Of a stretch of 58,946 nucleotides of DNA, positions 29,972 to 40,087 are shown one piece after another. Every line of letters begins with the position of its first letter. Position 1 is the stretch's first letter. The stretch is taken from positions 1-58,946 of IMG/VR virus record IMGVR_UViG_3300017914_000046, one strand, 5' to 3'. The stretch is from a virus (Duplodnaviria > Caudoviricetes). Under the pieces are notes generated by a model. The model was given only the letters and a program-made list of their open reading frames with translations. It did not search any database and had not been told where the DNA came from. Both the position numbers and the translations under genes were made by a program.

Positions 29972-30417
29972 AGTATAATCAGCTCCGCTTCTGTATATGG
30001 AATGTGAAAGAACAACTCACCTGGTCTGATGTACCTACCCTTTGCTTCACCTAGACTTTCTTGAGTCAACAAGAAGTCTCTGATACGCCAAGCTTGTTTA
30101 AGGTCTTTACGAAAAACGTAAAAGTTAAGAACCCCATTCTCACCTTGGTACTTATCCAGCAGTCGTTGCTTACGTTCTGGAATACGTATCTCTCTCCAGT
30201 GTGTAGGCCAGTCACCATCCCAAGCTACCTTTACCTCAGCTTCATTGAAGTAGGTGTAGCCATGTTTTTGAGAGACAACATCTACATGGTAGTTTTCTTC
30301 AGTGTTGACTAGCACATGCCCTTTCTTTGTAAGGTACTCTGTTAAAGCATCCTTAGCTTGTGAATCGTATGCCTCATACAGTGCTCTATTAAACGCTTTT
30401 CTGACTGGTTTGCCCAT
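29968..30417 (-). CDS. Hypothetical PD-(D/E)xK-like protein
   Basis: VDVV...EAEVK motif. Confidence 0.5.
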   Translation of the reverse strand: MGKPVRKAFNRALYEAYDSQAKDALTEYLTKKGHVLVNTEENYHVDVVSQKHGYTYFNEAEVKVAWDGDWPTHWREIRIPERKQRLLDKYQGENGVLNFYVFRKDLKQAWRIRDFLLTQESLGEAKGRYIRPGELFFHIPYTEAELIIL

Positions 30418-30640
30418 GTTCTAGGTACTCCTTTAATTCTGTGTACCCACCAATGTGAGAGCCTAAAGGGCTAAAGATCTGAGGTACTGTGGTAATACTA
30501 GAACGTTTTAAAAGGTAAAGCAACCACGAACTAGATTTAGATTGGATATTATATTCGGTGTATTGTAGGTTAGCTCCTTTCAATAAAGCCTTAGCTTGAT
30601 CACAAAAGTTACATTGGTTACGAGTGATCATTACGTACAT
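30389..30640 (-). CDS. grx: Glutaredoxin
   Basis: CNFC active site, TVPQIF, IGGYTEL. Confidence 0.9.
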   Translation of the reverse strand: MYVMITRNQCNFCDQAKALLKGANLQYTEYNIQSKSSSWLLYLLKRSSITTVPQIFSPLGSHIGGYTELKEYLEHGQTSQKSV

Positions 30641-30815
30641 CTTGTCTCCATTTCAATTCGTACAACAGTTTCTTTTGTTCGTAGTCAGACATGATCATCC
30701 AGTCACGTATCTCATCTACGGTTCGTAAACACCCTGCGCAGTATCCATCCTCTATTCGACAGACCTTTACGCAGGGTGAAGGCACAGACCCTAAGTTAGG
30801 TCTACGATTTCGCAT
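30618..30815 (-). CDS. DUF1289 family protein
   Basis: PSPCVKVC...CAGCLRTVDEIRDW. Confidence 0.8.
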   Translation of the reverse strand: MRNRRPNLGSVPSPCVKVCRIEDGYCAGCLRTVDEIRDWMIMSDYEQKKLLYELKWRQDVRNDHS

Positions 30816-32689
30816 ACATCACCAGAGCAAGCCATAGTCTGCATTGCTACAGTATTGTCTTCCTGTTCATACTCGGAAAGCTTAGACCAGTCAATAGCTT
30901 TTGGCATTAACTTTAAAAGTTCTTTGTACTCACGTTCAGTGCAATCCTGATACGGTGCTTGCTGATAGGTGTGATCAGAGTGTGGTAAAAAAGACACGCC
31001 AGACATCTCATCAAAATGCTTGTACACAAAGGCACCTACGTCAAGCCACTCGTGGTCACGCACTGAGATAGTCACACTAGGTTTATGCTCACACCAATTA
31101 CGTTGATAAGCTAACCACATTTCTAATTGTTCGATAGCTGTCATATCGTTACGAGTTATAGCTTTATTAGGTGACCTCTGAGGAAAGCTAAACACTGTAG
31201 TGGTATCACCCTTGAACACACAAGGTTCGTGAGGAATGCCTTGATCTTTCATGAACTGAGTAAGAGGATCTTTGTTGTCCCCTCGTACAGTCCTAATGTA
31301 AAACCGTGAATGGCGAGCATGTATTCCAGATGCTGAATCAACAAGCTGAGAGACAGTGCCGCTTGGCTTAACGCAAGAAATAGCAGCAGATACAGGGATA
31401 CCAAGACGATCAGCCCACTCAGCATTAGTAGTAACAGCCACTTGGCGAAGGTAAGCAAGTGTTTCATCAAGTCCCTTATTTTTTGTAGTTAGTAGAGGGT
31501 TGTCCATTATCCCCGTGAGTGACACACCAAGCAGTCGTTCGGCCTCTGTGTTGTCTCTCCACACCTTTCGCAGATATGGGAACTTTGTGTACGTGGATTG
31601 GATAGTCCCCAGAATTGTTGCCAGACGGACTTTTCTTTCCAGATCCTCAATAGTATCTGTAGCACGTACGACACACTCGGTAAGATTGCAGAACTGATAC
31701 GGGCGAAGGATGATTTCACTGCAAGGATTTGTACCGAAGTCGTAATCACTATCCCGTCTACCATATTTTGCAGCTTGTTTCTTAGATGCTTCACGATTAA
31801 ATACTCCTCGTTCTCCTGACTTAGACTCAACCAGAGCTGTCCACTCACGCATGAATGTCTCTATGTCAGGCTTTTCTGTATAAGATACAGAGTTGTTAGC
31901 TAGTGCACGGTGAGCTGCTGTCTCCCACCATTGGCCAGACTTAGCGTGACGCATACGGTCATCACTTAGATTAGATAGAGAGATCATAGCTGATCGACGT
32001 ACGCCACCAACCACAACGATCTGCCCAATGAAACACATCAAGTCATGGCACTCAATGCTTGAGAGCTTACGACCTTGTGCATTCTTGAAAGTAGTCACAG
32101 CGAAATTAAACAGTTCAACCAAAGGCGCTGGGCCTGATGCTCTACCGCCAAAGGTTTTTAGTCTTGCACCTGCAGGACGTACACGAGAGACATCCCACTT
32201 AGGAATCTCACCTGCCCATAGCAATGCTAAGACTTGACGGAAAGCTTTTGCCCAACCTTCCTTGCTGTCCTTCACGACGACTGTCGTGTCACTCTCAAAC
32301 AGTTGTGGAACCTCTGGTAGCTTTTTAATATACTGCCGTTCTACAGAGAAGCCAACCCCAGTGCCACAGAGAAGGATGTACATAGCTTCGTCAAAACTTT
32401 TAGGATCATCTACTGGTAGATATGAACAGTTGTAACCTGCAGTATTATCACGATCAAGAGCAGGGCCAGCTGTCATCATAGCTCTCATAGAAGGCATGAT
32501 CTCTAGGCCAAGGATAGCTTGCTCGATATCGTACTTAGTACTAGCATCTACCTTGTCGGCAATGACGTTAGTAGAGTAACGTGTTACTGTATCATCCCAT
32601 GACTCACGGCCATAACCATCAAAGTATTTTGCATACCGTGACTTGTGAATAAAGGATTGATAGTCAGTTGGAAGTTGATTAGTCGCCAT
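30791..32689 (-). CDS. nrdJ: Class II (B12-dependent) ribonucleotide reductase
   Basis: GYNCS, GGVRRSA, GTNPCSEI, CNLTE, KPSGTVSQL, C-terminal CSGDVC; no beta subunit gene. Confidence 0.9.
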   Translation of the reverse strand: MATNQLPTDYQSFIHKSRYAKYFDGYGRESWDDTVTRYSTNVIADKVDASTKYDIEQAILGLEIMPSMRAMMTAGPALDRDNTAGYNCSYLPVDDPKSFDEAMYILLCGTGVGFSVERQYIKKLPEVPQLFESDTTVVVKDSKEGWAKAFRQVLALLWAGEIPKWDVSRVRPAGARLKTFGGRASGPAPLVELFNFAVTTFKNAQGRKLSSIECHDLMCFIGQIVVVGGVRRSAMISLSNLSDDRMRHAKSGQWWETAAHRALANNSVSYTEKPDIETFMREWTALVESKSGERGVFNREASKKQAAKYGRRDSDYDFGTNPCSEIILRPYQFCNLTECVVRATDTIEDLERKVRLATILGTIQSTYTKFPYLRKVWRDNTEAERLLGVSLTGIMDNPLLTTKNKGLDETLAYLRQVAVTTNAEWADRLGIPVSAAISCVKPSGTVSQLVDSASGIHARHSRFYIRTVRGDNKDPLTQFMKDQGIPHEPCVFKGDTTTVFSFPQRSPNKAITRNDMTAIEQLEMWLAYQRNWCEHKPSVTISVRDHEWLDVGAFVYKHFDEMSGVSFLPHSDHTYQQAPYQDCTEREYKELLKLMPKAIDWSKLSEYEQEDNTVAMQTMACSGDVCEIVDLT

Positions 32690-32918
32690 CAGTTACCTCT
32701 TGGTCTGGGAGTTTCTTCACTTCATCTTCTGCAGGTGTCTCTGCGATCTGAACAATCATACTACCTAGCTGATTGCAACGTGCATCTAGCACACGCATCA
32801 AGTAATCCATACGAGCCATCTCTTCACGAGCTAGATTAATCTCAGTATACATCTTCATCTGATCTTCATTGAAGTCATCAGTATAGTAGTCTTTTTCATT
32901 GATAGATAGTTTAGGCAT
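32679..32918 (-). CDS. Hypothetical protein
   Basis: 79 aa coupled ORF with coiled-coil character. Confidence 0.6.
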   Translation of the reverse strand: MPKLSINEKDYYTDDFNEDQMKMYTEINLAREEMARMDYLMRVLDARCNQLGSMIVQIAETPAEDEVKKLPDQEVTDGD

Positions 32919-33289
32919 TATCGTTTATCTCCTGAGCCTTTAAGGGTTCCACGGGCTTTTCTTCCGTATAGTTTTTCTAGGTTTGCAAAAGCAATATCAT
33001 GCAAGTCAATGTTAAGATCACGAGACAGTGCAGCTAGATACCACAGTACATCACCGATCTCTGCAGCAATACCTTTTCGGTCAAAGTTGTTGTCACGAAT
33101 CATCTTCTTAACCTTGTTTGCAACTTCACCTGCCTCACCTGCTAGACCAAGGGCAGGGTACAATATGCTATGCGTACTCTTATAGATAGCAGTCTTAGCT
33201 GCTGCCTTTTGGTACTGATCCATAGTCATACGTTCTTTGAAAGCTTCATTGTAATATTCCCAAGCTTCTAGATCGGATTCATTCAACAT
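32918..33289 (-). CDS. mazG: MazG-like NTP pyrophosphohydrolase
   Basis: LGLAGEAGEVANKVKK...EIGDVLWY...GSGDKR. Confidence 0.9.
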   Translation of the reverse strand: MLNESDLEAWEYYNEAFKERMTMDQYQKAAAKTAIYKSTHSILYPALGLAGEAGEVANKVKKMIRDNNFDRKGIAAEIGDVLWYLAALSRDLNIDLHDIAFANLEKLYGRKARGTLKGSGDKR

Positions 33290-33440
33290 TCTTTACCTCA
33301 CATTCTTCCACAATTACATCGTCTATATCATACAGACTAGCTTCGATAAGTTCTTTCAACACATCAGAGTTATCCCCAAAGGTCTCAAGAAAATTAGCCT
33401 CGGGGTCTACTTTTATTTTTATAGATAGCTCAAACCTCAT
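33279..33440 (-). CDS. Small acidic hypothetical protein (53 aa, not in ORF track)
   Basis: MRFELSIKIKVDPEANFLE...; fills the gap between a promoter and mazG. Confidence 0.55.
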   Translation of the reverse strand: MRFELSIKIKVDPEANFLETFGDNSDVLKELIEASLYDIDDVIVEECEVKNVE

Positions 33441-33451
33441 TCGAAAGACCC

Positions 33452-33483
33452 CTAGTTATACGCACTAGTGCCATCCATGTCAA
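33452..33483 (-). promoter_or_regulatory. Sigma70-type promoter for nucleotide-metabolism genes
   Basis: On the - strand TTGACA-N17-TATAAC within GTATAACTAG. Confidence 0.6.
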
Positions 33484-33700
33484 TTACAATCGGATCAATA
33501 CTCTTCATGAAATGCTTTTTCCATTCGTAAGCATCATCAAAGTCTTCGAACCAAAAGTTATCTTCACCAACTACACCATTTATCTCTGTCCTACACACCA
33601 TAAAATACTTAGATCCATCGGGTGCCATTTCAAGCTCTAATTCAGAAACTTCTTCAATAGCTATTGGACCTTCAGTAACCCCCCAGATTTTTACTTCCAT
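33452..33700 (-). CDS. Hypothetical protein
   Basis: 82 aa acidic ORF overlapping the upstream gene. Confidence 0.6.
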   Translation of the reverse strand: MEVKIWGVTEGPIAIEEVSELELEMAPDGSKYFMVCRTEINGVVGEDNFWFEDFDDAYEWKKHFMKSIDPIVIDMDGTSAYN

Positions 33701-34032
33701 TTCCTTAACAACTCCATGTAATGATCTATGCTAATCATAGTTATCCAGTCTTTCCTATCTGCACGAAAGAACACAACTGGCTCTCCTTTACCGTGCTTAC
33801 TGGCTTGCTCAATATAATCGTAGGCCATCTTCATTCCAGACTTTCTACGTTTTACTTCAATAGTAATAGGCAGCTTCTTTCTAGCTGCGGGAGACAGCTG
33901 GATATCTTCTCCAGTGTCTCCCATAGTTGTGGACTTTATGTCATCAGGCTCGAACTCGGTAAAGGTTTCTAATAGCTTGTCCCTGATTTCATTTTGTCCA
34001 CCACGCCCCTTTGCTTTAGCTGCCCGTGTCAT
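33691..34032 (-). CDS. Holliday junction resolvase-like PD-(D/E)xK endonuclease
   Basis: KAKGR...GEDIQL...IEVKRR...EPVVFFR. Confidence 0.7.
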   Translation of the reverse strand: MTRAAKAKGRGGQNEIRDKLLETFTEFEPDDIKSTTMGDTGEDIQLSPAARKKLPITIEVKRRKSGMKMAYDYIEQASKHGKGEPVVFFRADRKDWITMISIDHYMELLRKWK

Positions 34033-34879
34033 CGAACACCTCTTCTACCTTTGGTTCTTTCTCTACGTGGACAAGGTACTCAATACCATACGAGTACTTG
34101 AACATACGTAGGTTAGGCCAGCAAGCTTTCTTGTATTCACAGAACTGACAAGACTTGTCTAGCTTTGTGTTAGGACTTGCCTTACTTGCAGGTACAGGTT
34201 GTATACGGTCAGTAGGAATGTCACCTGCAACTAACTCTTTAGCTGCTAACATCTCTTCTTCTTTGGTCTTAAGATCCTCTGTAAAGTCATGCACATCTAG
34301 GCAGATCTCACCACTAACTTTATCAATCGCAAGAAATGCACCATGAGTCTTGTCTGTAACCAGTGGGTCATCCTTACCTGCGTAGACATAAGAACTAAGC
34401 TGACTGATATAACCAAAGGCATCATTCTCACGCAGCGTGCCTTCTTTAAACTTCTTGAAAGCGTATGGGCTACAAGACTTAACATCAACAGTCATACCGT
34501 CAATCACACAGTCACGGTGACCACGTATGCCATGAACGTTTAGTCTGTCCTGAGAACCCTTCATGCTGTGACCAGAAGCTATCACCATAGACAGGATAAG
34601 TTCCTCGATCATGTCTCCGTAAAAGAAACGAAGAAGTAGGTTAGCACTGAGTGGCTCACCAAATCCAGGCTTGTTTACTTTATACCAAAGCTTACGTTTG
34701 CAAGGTGTGCCAATAGACGAAAGAGATAGATACCCACGAGGCTCTTGCGGCTTACTAAATCTTTTGTTGGCAGACATCGCAATGTTGTTGCCTAGCATAG
34801 AACCAATCGTGCCGTTCCAGCCGCCTTGCCCATAGATCACGGACTCAAGGTCTTCAACTAATGTATCAATCTTTTTCAT
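34016..34879 (-). CDS. PD-(D/E)xK (Cas4-like) exonuclease
   Basis: LSSIGTPCKRKLWY, GHRD...DVKS, QLSSY, CQFCEYKKAC. Confidence 0.75.
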   Translation of the reverse strand: MKKIDTLVEDLESVIYGQGGWNGTIGSMLGNNIAMSANKRFSKPQEPRGYLSLSSIGTPCKRKLWYKVNKPGFGEPLSANLLLRFFYGDMIEELILSMVIASGHSMKGSQDRLNVHGIRGHRDCVIDGMTVDVKSCSPYAFKKFKEGTLRENDAFGYISQLSSYVYAGKDDPLVTDKTHGAFLAIDKVSGEICLDVHDFTEDLKTKEEEMLAAKELVAGDIPTDRIQPVPASKASPNTKLDKSCQFCEYKKACWPNLRMFKYSYGIEYLVHVEKEPKVEEVFDDTGS

Positions 34880-34890
34880 GTTATCTCCTT

Positions 34891-34916
34891 AAAAGGTAGC
34901 CCCCGAAGGGGGGCCA
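34891..34916 (-). terminator. Terminator after ssb
   Basis: - strand GC stem closed by a cTTCGg loop, followed by CCTTTT. Confidence 0.7.
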
Positions 34917-34936
34917 CTAGTTGTTTTGGGAGGAGG

Positions 34937-35440
34937 TTAAAACAACACTTCGCTGTTATTATTTTCATCTGCAGTAGATGGCGAAGCATCATCTGCCACA
35001 GTATCTGGAACGTATTGAACATGGTCAAGAACTGTGACCGCATCCAGTCGTGTACCTACAATACTCTTCATCTTAGTATCGTAGACTGAGAGGAGAACCT
35101 CTACAGTAGATCCGTTACCAATGGTGCCATCAAGATCATAGTCCCAATTAGTACCATCAGACTTTTTAACAACAGGCGCACCACTATCCCAATCCCTTCC
35201 AGTATCAAACTTACGGACTAACTTTACCTTTGTACCACGTCCCATCTGATCGGGAACACCACGCTTCATAGAACGTGAAGCTTTTAGTGTGGCTAAGTTG
35301 TCATCGTCAAGGATGAGGTCGATTGTGCAAGCACCGTTGCATTCCCGATAGGCTCCATCAAAACCTTCCATGTCACGGTTCTGCGGAAATACTTTTGCCC
35401 ACTCGGCAATACCAGTTAGTTTTACTTTACGTGTAGCCAT
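34937..35440 (-). CDS. ssb: Single-stranded DNA-binding protein (T7 gp2.5-like)
   Basis: IGNGSTVEV...GTRLDAVTVLD; acidic tail ending in Phe; GGAGG RBS before ATG 35440. Confidence 0.7.
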   Translation of the reverse strand: MATRKVKLTGIAEWAKVFPQNRDMEGFDGAYRECNGACTIDLILDDDNLATLKASRSMKRGVPDQMGRGTKVKLVRKFDTGRDWDSGAPVVKKSDGTNWDYDLDGTIGNGSTVEVLLSVYDTKMKSIVGTRLDAVTVLDHVQYVPDTVADDASPSTADENNNSEVLF

Positions 35441-35454
35441 TTGGCCCTCCATTG

Positions 35455-37302
35455 TTAGTGTACGTCACTATAGCGTTGACCATATTGAATATCAATACCC
35501 AAGTCAACATTTAATTTAAGTTCTTGATTAAGTTTTTCAATAGCCCAATTCAATACATCGCTGTGTTCATTCTGTTCCCCTTGTTTTACTAGGTTGATAG
35601 ACTCGTCATGAAACTGACCTATGATGTTTGGCCTACGTGTTCTGTAGTACGCAACCCACTTGTCAAAGCAGTATGCACCAGTTGATTGGTTAAGCGTAGA
35701 GAACACGTCCTTCTCATAACGAAGTGAATGCCAGAAACCACTGACAGGATTTTGTACCCACATCTCACCGTCTATCTTACGTATCTTTTGGGCCTCAGCA
35801 AAAGCCTTAACTGACCAGTTACGTTTCCAATAAGCATCGAGCAGTGCTTGAGCATGTGGTATCTTCATGCCAGTAGTACGAGATAACTTAGCTGCACCTA
35901 CGCCATAGGTAGCTGAGTAGTTTACAACTTTATAGTTTTTACGCATTGCTTTTAAATCGTCTCGTTCGTTTCTGTTATAGGCATCTATGTCGGATTGCGT
36001 GATAGCACCTGCATGTTTAGCCAAGTCTAGGTGTGGATCAAAACCTTCTTGAGACATTTCATGTACATACTTAGGATCATATGGATACATATAGTGTCTC
36101 TTAGTTGTGTCTTCAAGGGATGTCATGTCAGCACCGCAAAGAACGTAACCCTCTGGAGCAATCAAGCAGCCACGTATCTCTTTACCCCACGGTCTGTCTA
36201 CCCCAGGAAGGTTGACCAAAGGTTTCTTGTGTTTGAATCGTAAGGTGTTGGTAAGACCATCAACCTCAGCACGAACGTAGCCGTCTTGCTCACACTCGAT
36301 GAATGCCTCAAAGATTTTAAGCCTGTGTTGCATCACAGTCAAACCTTCAAGAACCTCAACAGCAGGATTACTTTCGGCAATTAGCTTTACTGAGTCGGTT
36401 AGTTCACCATCCTTACGGACTTGAGGAATCTTTCTCTCTTCACCAGTCTCCTTGTTCTTGTCATACTTGAAAGTGCAAGGTTCCCAACCAAGTGAGTACA
36501 ACCAATCTTTGACTTGATCGGTAGAGTTAGGGTTAGGTTCATCCCAACCTTTGATAACCTCTACTTCACCATCAAAGTGTGGCGGAAGGTTGTTCTCTTG
36601 TAGGAGGTCAAACCAACGTTGTCCATGAGCAGATGGAGAACCATCCTGCTTGAAACAATTCTTTGGCTTTCTTTTCTTGGTGGTCACCTTGCGCTTTGGC
36701 ATCACTTGAATAAGCTCTGCCTCTTTGTCAGACTTCTGTCTAGTCAAGTCCTCCACACATCTCTGTGCCAACTCGATATCCAACTTCCACCCGACTCGTT
36801 CCGCTACTGAAGCACAGTCCATCTTGAACTCTAGATAACGGAAGAACTTGTCCAGCTGTTTCTTGTCCTTGTAGATAAACATAAATCTTTTTAGAAGATT
36901 TTGCCACAATAGCCAGTTTATTTTTACATCCTCGGTACATCTGTGTGCATACTCCTTCTGAGTTAAGTTATGCCAATCATCAATCTGAGGTTTGGGTACA
37001 CCAAAGTCCTCACCAAAAGACTCAAGGCCATGCTTAGGTCGGTCGTAGTTTATAACCCAAGACATAGGTAGTGTGTCAAAGAGACGTGCTGTCACCTTGA
37101 TACCCAAGATCTTTTCTAGAAGTGGTACGTCATACCTGATAATGTTGTGACCAATCAAACCACGTTGGCTTAGGATCAGGTCACGCATAGCAGAGTAATC
37201 GTACAAAGTTGTGTAATCTTTACCATCATGGGTATAGGATAAGCAGTGTATCTTTGTAGCCTGATCAAGTAGTCCGTCAGCTTCTACATCAAATACAATC
37301 AT
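35455..37302 (-). CDS. polA: Family A DNA polymerase
   Basis: Exonuclease motifs DVEAD, GHNIIRYD; motif A GADMTSLE; motif B RKNYKVVNYSATYG; motif C HDE. Confidence 0.95.
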   Translation of the reverse strand: MIVFDVEADGLLDQATKIHCLSYTHDGKDYTTLYDYSAMRDLILSQRGLIGHNIIRYDVPLLEKILGIKVTARLFDTLPMSWVINYDRPKHGLESFGEDFGVPKPQIDDWHNLTQKEYAHRCTEDVKINWLLWQNLLKRFMFIYKDKKQLDKFFRYLEFKMDCASVAERVGWKLDIELAQRCVEDLTRQKSDKEAELIQVMPKRKVTTKKRKPKNCFKQDGSPSAHGQRWFDLLQENNLPPHFDGEVEVIKGWDEPNPNSTDQVKDWLYSLGWEPCTFKYDKNKETGEERKIPQVRKDGELTDSVKLIAESNPAVEVLEGLTVMQHRLKIFEAFIECEQDGYVRAEVDGLTNTLRFKHKKPLVNLPGVDRPWGKEIRGCLIAPEGYVLCGADMTSLEDTTKRHYMYPYDPKYVHEMSQEGFDPHLDLAKHAGAITQSDIDAYNRNERDDLKAMRKNYKVVNYSATYGVGAAKLSRTTGMKIPHAQALLDAYWKRNWSVKAFAEAQKIRKIDGEMWVQNPVSGFWHSLRYEKDVFSTLNQSTGAYCFDKWVAYYRTRRPNIIGQFHDESINLVKQGEQNEHSDVLNWAIEKLNQELKLNVDLGIDIQYGQRYSDVH

Positions 37303-38912
37303 GCTGCTATATCACTCCTCTCGTAAGGTATCTCTTCTGTCAGGATCGTTGTCTCTGGATCGTAGTAGACTGAACCTGCTCTGCCCAACTTAGCAAATGG
37401 ACGGTTCTTGTCAACAATAAATTCAGTGGTGTTCTGAAGTATTTCATCCTCGGACTCGGTGTCACGTTCAATCTTTACACAGATGATTGCTTCCTCTTCA
37501 AGAGAGGCTGCATACTTTGTGCGTCCATCGTCATTTACCTGTGATATAAATACCACACCGATGTTCAACTCCTTGGCAAGCTGTGCCATACGTGACCCAA
37601 GTGTAGTCAGGGTACTGGTAGCACCATCAACACCAGAGTTAGACAAGTAAGCCAGACGTTGTACGTGATCAACAAACACAAAGTCAGCACCGAAAGATGT
37701 GACTGCCATGCGTGTGTAATCAAGTAGAGTTAGAGGATCGTCATGAGACTGCATCTCAAAGATGATTGTTCTGTTATTCTCTGAGTCAGCAATCTTGTTG
37801 GCTGCTGCTTCAACCTGATCAAGGGTGTAGCCATTGCGGTCTGCATCCTCTTTGGTACGGACGTTGACACCTAGCTCATACGTAGCCATAGCACGTAGGG
37901 TAGTAGACTTCATCTCTTCCATGTGAAGTAGAGCTACCTTGACACCCTCGTTGTGCAGTAGGCCAGTCTCGAAGTAACGGATCACCTCAGTCTTACCAGT
38001 ACCACGAGGGGCTTTGATAAACGTCAGGCCACCCTTGACCATGCCACGAATCTTCTCGTCAAGTCCTGCATGACCAGTCGGTACATATTCGTAAGGATTT
38101 TCTGTGCGTAGTGCATTAGAGAAGTCTTCACTAGAGCAGAAGAAGTTCTCAGGGCTATACCGCATGGGCTTCTTAGCTGCCCACATCAAGTCCTTACTAT
38201 CACCTGCTTGCAAGAAGTCATTGGCATCCTTGTGCTTGGACATAGGGACATACCAGAACTTATCTGGGAATGCTTGGTACAACTTGTCAGCTGCCCTACG
38301 TCCTGCATGATCAAGCTCACCTGCGTAGACGATCTCTTTGAACGACGACAGATAAAGGTGATTGTGTGCAATGAACTTCTCACCGATACTTGCTGACGGC
38401 AGTGACTTCACAGGGAATGTCTTGCCCAGGATTTGATACAGTGATGCAGCATCGAACTCACCCTCGGTAAGATAGATACGTTGGGATGTACCTGCGTTGA
38501 ACTCTGGACCGAACAGATGGTTCATGCCCATGCCCCGATCCTTAGTCCATGACTTAGACTTGTCATCCACCAGTCGATACTTGACCGTGTGTGGATACTT
38601 GTAAGCATAACGTACAGGTCTGCCGTCTTCACCTTGCTGCAAGGCAATGCCATACAGTTCAGCTACATCAGCATCAAGGCCACGTATGCCCTCATGTGTT
38701 TGTGACACTATGGGTATGTCCATAGGGTTTCTCCTTTCTTTCAAAGGATATTCAGCCTTCACCCATTCAAATACCTCTGGCATATCCTTGGATGGGTAGG
38801 CTCTCGAACAAGAATGACAATGGCCAAAACCGTCATCATTCCAATTAAAAGCGTCACTTGATCCGCAATCAGTGTACGGACAAGCTAAGTGTGGGTTGTC
38901 ATTGTTTGCCAC
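37299..38912 (-). CDS. DNA primase-helicase (T7 gp4-like)
   Basis: Zn finger CPYTDC..CHSC, TOPRIM TEGEFD, KDAND, Walker A APRGTGKT, Walker B FVDH, KNR; GTG 38912 follows GGAGG. Confidence 0.92.
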   Translation of the reverse strand: MANNDNPHLACPYTDCGSSDAFNWNDDGFGHCHSCSRAYPSKDMPEVFEWVKAEYPLKERRNPMDIPIVSQTHEGIRGLDADVAELYGIALQQGEDGRPVRYAYKYPHTVKYRLVDDKSKSWTKDRGMGMNHLFGPEFNAGTSQRIYLTEGEFDAASLYQILGKTFPVKSLPSASIGEKFIAHNHLYLSSFKEIVYAGELDHAGRRAADKLYQAFPDKFWYVPMSKHKDANDFLQAGDSKDLMWAAKKPMRYSPENFFCSSEDFSNALRTENPYEYVPTGHAGLDEKIRGMVKGGLTFIKAPRGTGKTEVIRYFETGLLHNEGVKVALLHMEEMKSTTLRAMATYELGVNVRTKEDADRNGYTLDQVEAAANKIADSENNRTIIFEMQSHDDPLTLLDYTRMAVTSFGADFVFVDHVQRLAYLSNSGVDGATSTLTTLGSRMAQLAKELNIGVVFISQVNDDGRTKYAASLEEEAIICVKIERDTESEDEILQNTTEFIVDKNRPFAKLGRAGSVYYDPETTILTEEIPYERSDIAA

Positions 38913-39141
38913 GATTAACCTCCAATCTGAAAGCCCCCTCGGGACTCTCCATTGCAGCATACAGATCTACGAGCTGTTGTAAAGACATAATTATCACATC
39001 GTTTTTATCTGTCTTTTCGTTGTACTGAATCATGTATACACGTCCATCATCACTGATGATCACACTCACATCTTCGAACCTATCCTTCTCGTCAAGGGTA
39101 CGGATGAATGCATGATCATATTCTAACTCAACTGTGTACAT
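38899..39141 (-). CDS. Hypothetical protein
   Basis: 80 aa coupled ORF. Confidence 0.6.
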   Translation of the reverse strand: MYTVELEYDHAFIRTLDEKDRFEDVSVIISDDGRVYMIQYNEKTDKNDVIIMSLQQLVDLYAAMESPEGAFRLEVNRGKQ

Positions 39142-39434
39142 TATTCTTCCTTTAAACAGAACTCGCAGAAGTCTTCTTTAGATGGGTTACCACAAGACAC
39201 ACACTTGTTTGTACCGAACTGATACTCTGTAAGTTCGTCTGTCTCATACCTTATGTGATCCTCAATGAAGTCATAGACTACCTGCAAGTCTAGCTTTGCA
39301 GCTGCACAGTACAGTACTAACTTCAGCCCTTCTTCCTGCAGTAGCTTGGCACAGTTGTTATCTAAGTGGAACTGATAGGTAGCACTGCCATCCTCGTGTT
39401 CTTCTACGTGTTCTACTCCAATTACTCCAGTCAT
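39141..39434 (-). CDS. Hypothetical protein with C-terminal Zn ribbon
   Basis: CVSC...CEFC; ATG overlaps the thyX stop. Confidence 0.6.
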   Translation of the reverse strand: MTGVIGVEHVEEHEDGSATYQFHLDNNCAKLLQEEGLKLVLYCAAAKLDLQVVYDFIEDHIRYETDELTEYQFGTNKCVSCGNPSKEDFCEFCLKEE

Positions 39435-40087
39435 CACATGTACTCCCTCAAAGATTCCCAAGACATTGGGTACAGGTTTTCCATCTCCTCGTCAATAGCA
39501 TCTGCAACTACACGAGTCTCTGCCTGTGTGTCATCCTTGCAACGTAGGCTACACATCTTAGCAAAACTAAACACAGTACCTGACCAATACCACTCAGTCA
39601 TCATAGACTGTGGCAATACCATACGTGCTTGCTCAGGTGCTACACCCTCATCAATAAGTTGCTTGTACATCATCAAAGCATTTTTGTTATAGTATAACAC
39701 ATTGGCATTGCTTTCTACCTCACCATAACTACCTTGCTTCTTGTCTTCGGAACGGCCTCTCCAGACAGGTGCCTCATACAATTCAGGCTCAACATCAACG
39801 TACCTACGGCTGATCTCGTTCCACGGCATGTACTCATGCTTGACTAGCTGACGTGCCACAAACACAGGTGCCTTAACATGGAACGTAGTGAACGTGTGGT
39901 TGAACGGTGACTTGTGGTTGTGCCTCGCAAGGTATTCAATCAGTCTGCAATCTTTAGTTGACAAGACCTTGGCCTCACCGTTGTGTATCCTCGGTAGCCA
40001 GTCAGACTTCTTACCAAAGCTGACCCTAGCTGCATTGACTACTGATAGGTCACTACCCATGTGGTCAATGTACGTTACTTCAATCAT
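39434..40087 (-). CDS. thyX: Flavin-dependent thymidylate synthase
   Basis: VVNAARVS, HKSPF, ARQLVKH, NEISRRY, PEQARMVLP, QAETR. Confidence 0.92.
   Translation of the reverse strand: MIEVTYIDHMGSDLSVVNAARVSFGKKSDWLPRIHNGEAKVLSTKDCRLIEYLARHNHKSPFNHTFTTFHVKAPVFVARQLVKHEYMPWNEISRRYVDVEPELYEAPVWRGRSEDKKQGSYGEVESNANVLYYNKNALMMYKQLIDEGVAPEQARMVLPQSMMTEWYWSGTVFSFAKMCSLRCKDDTQAETRVVADAIDEEMENLYPMSWESLREYM

Noticed and set aside
35455-37302. HMO-2011-type PolA with DnaJ zinc-finger insertion
   Set aside because: No CxxCxGxG repeats in the polymerase.
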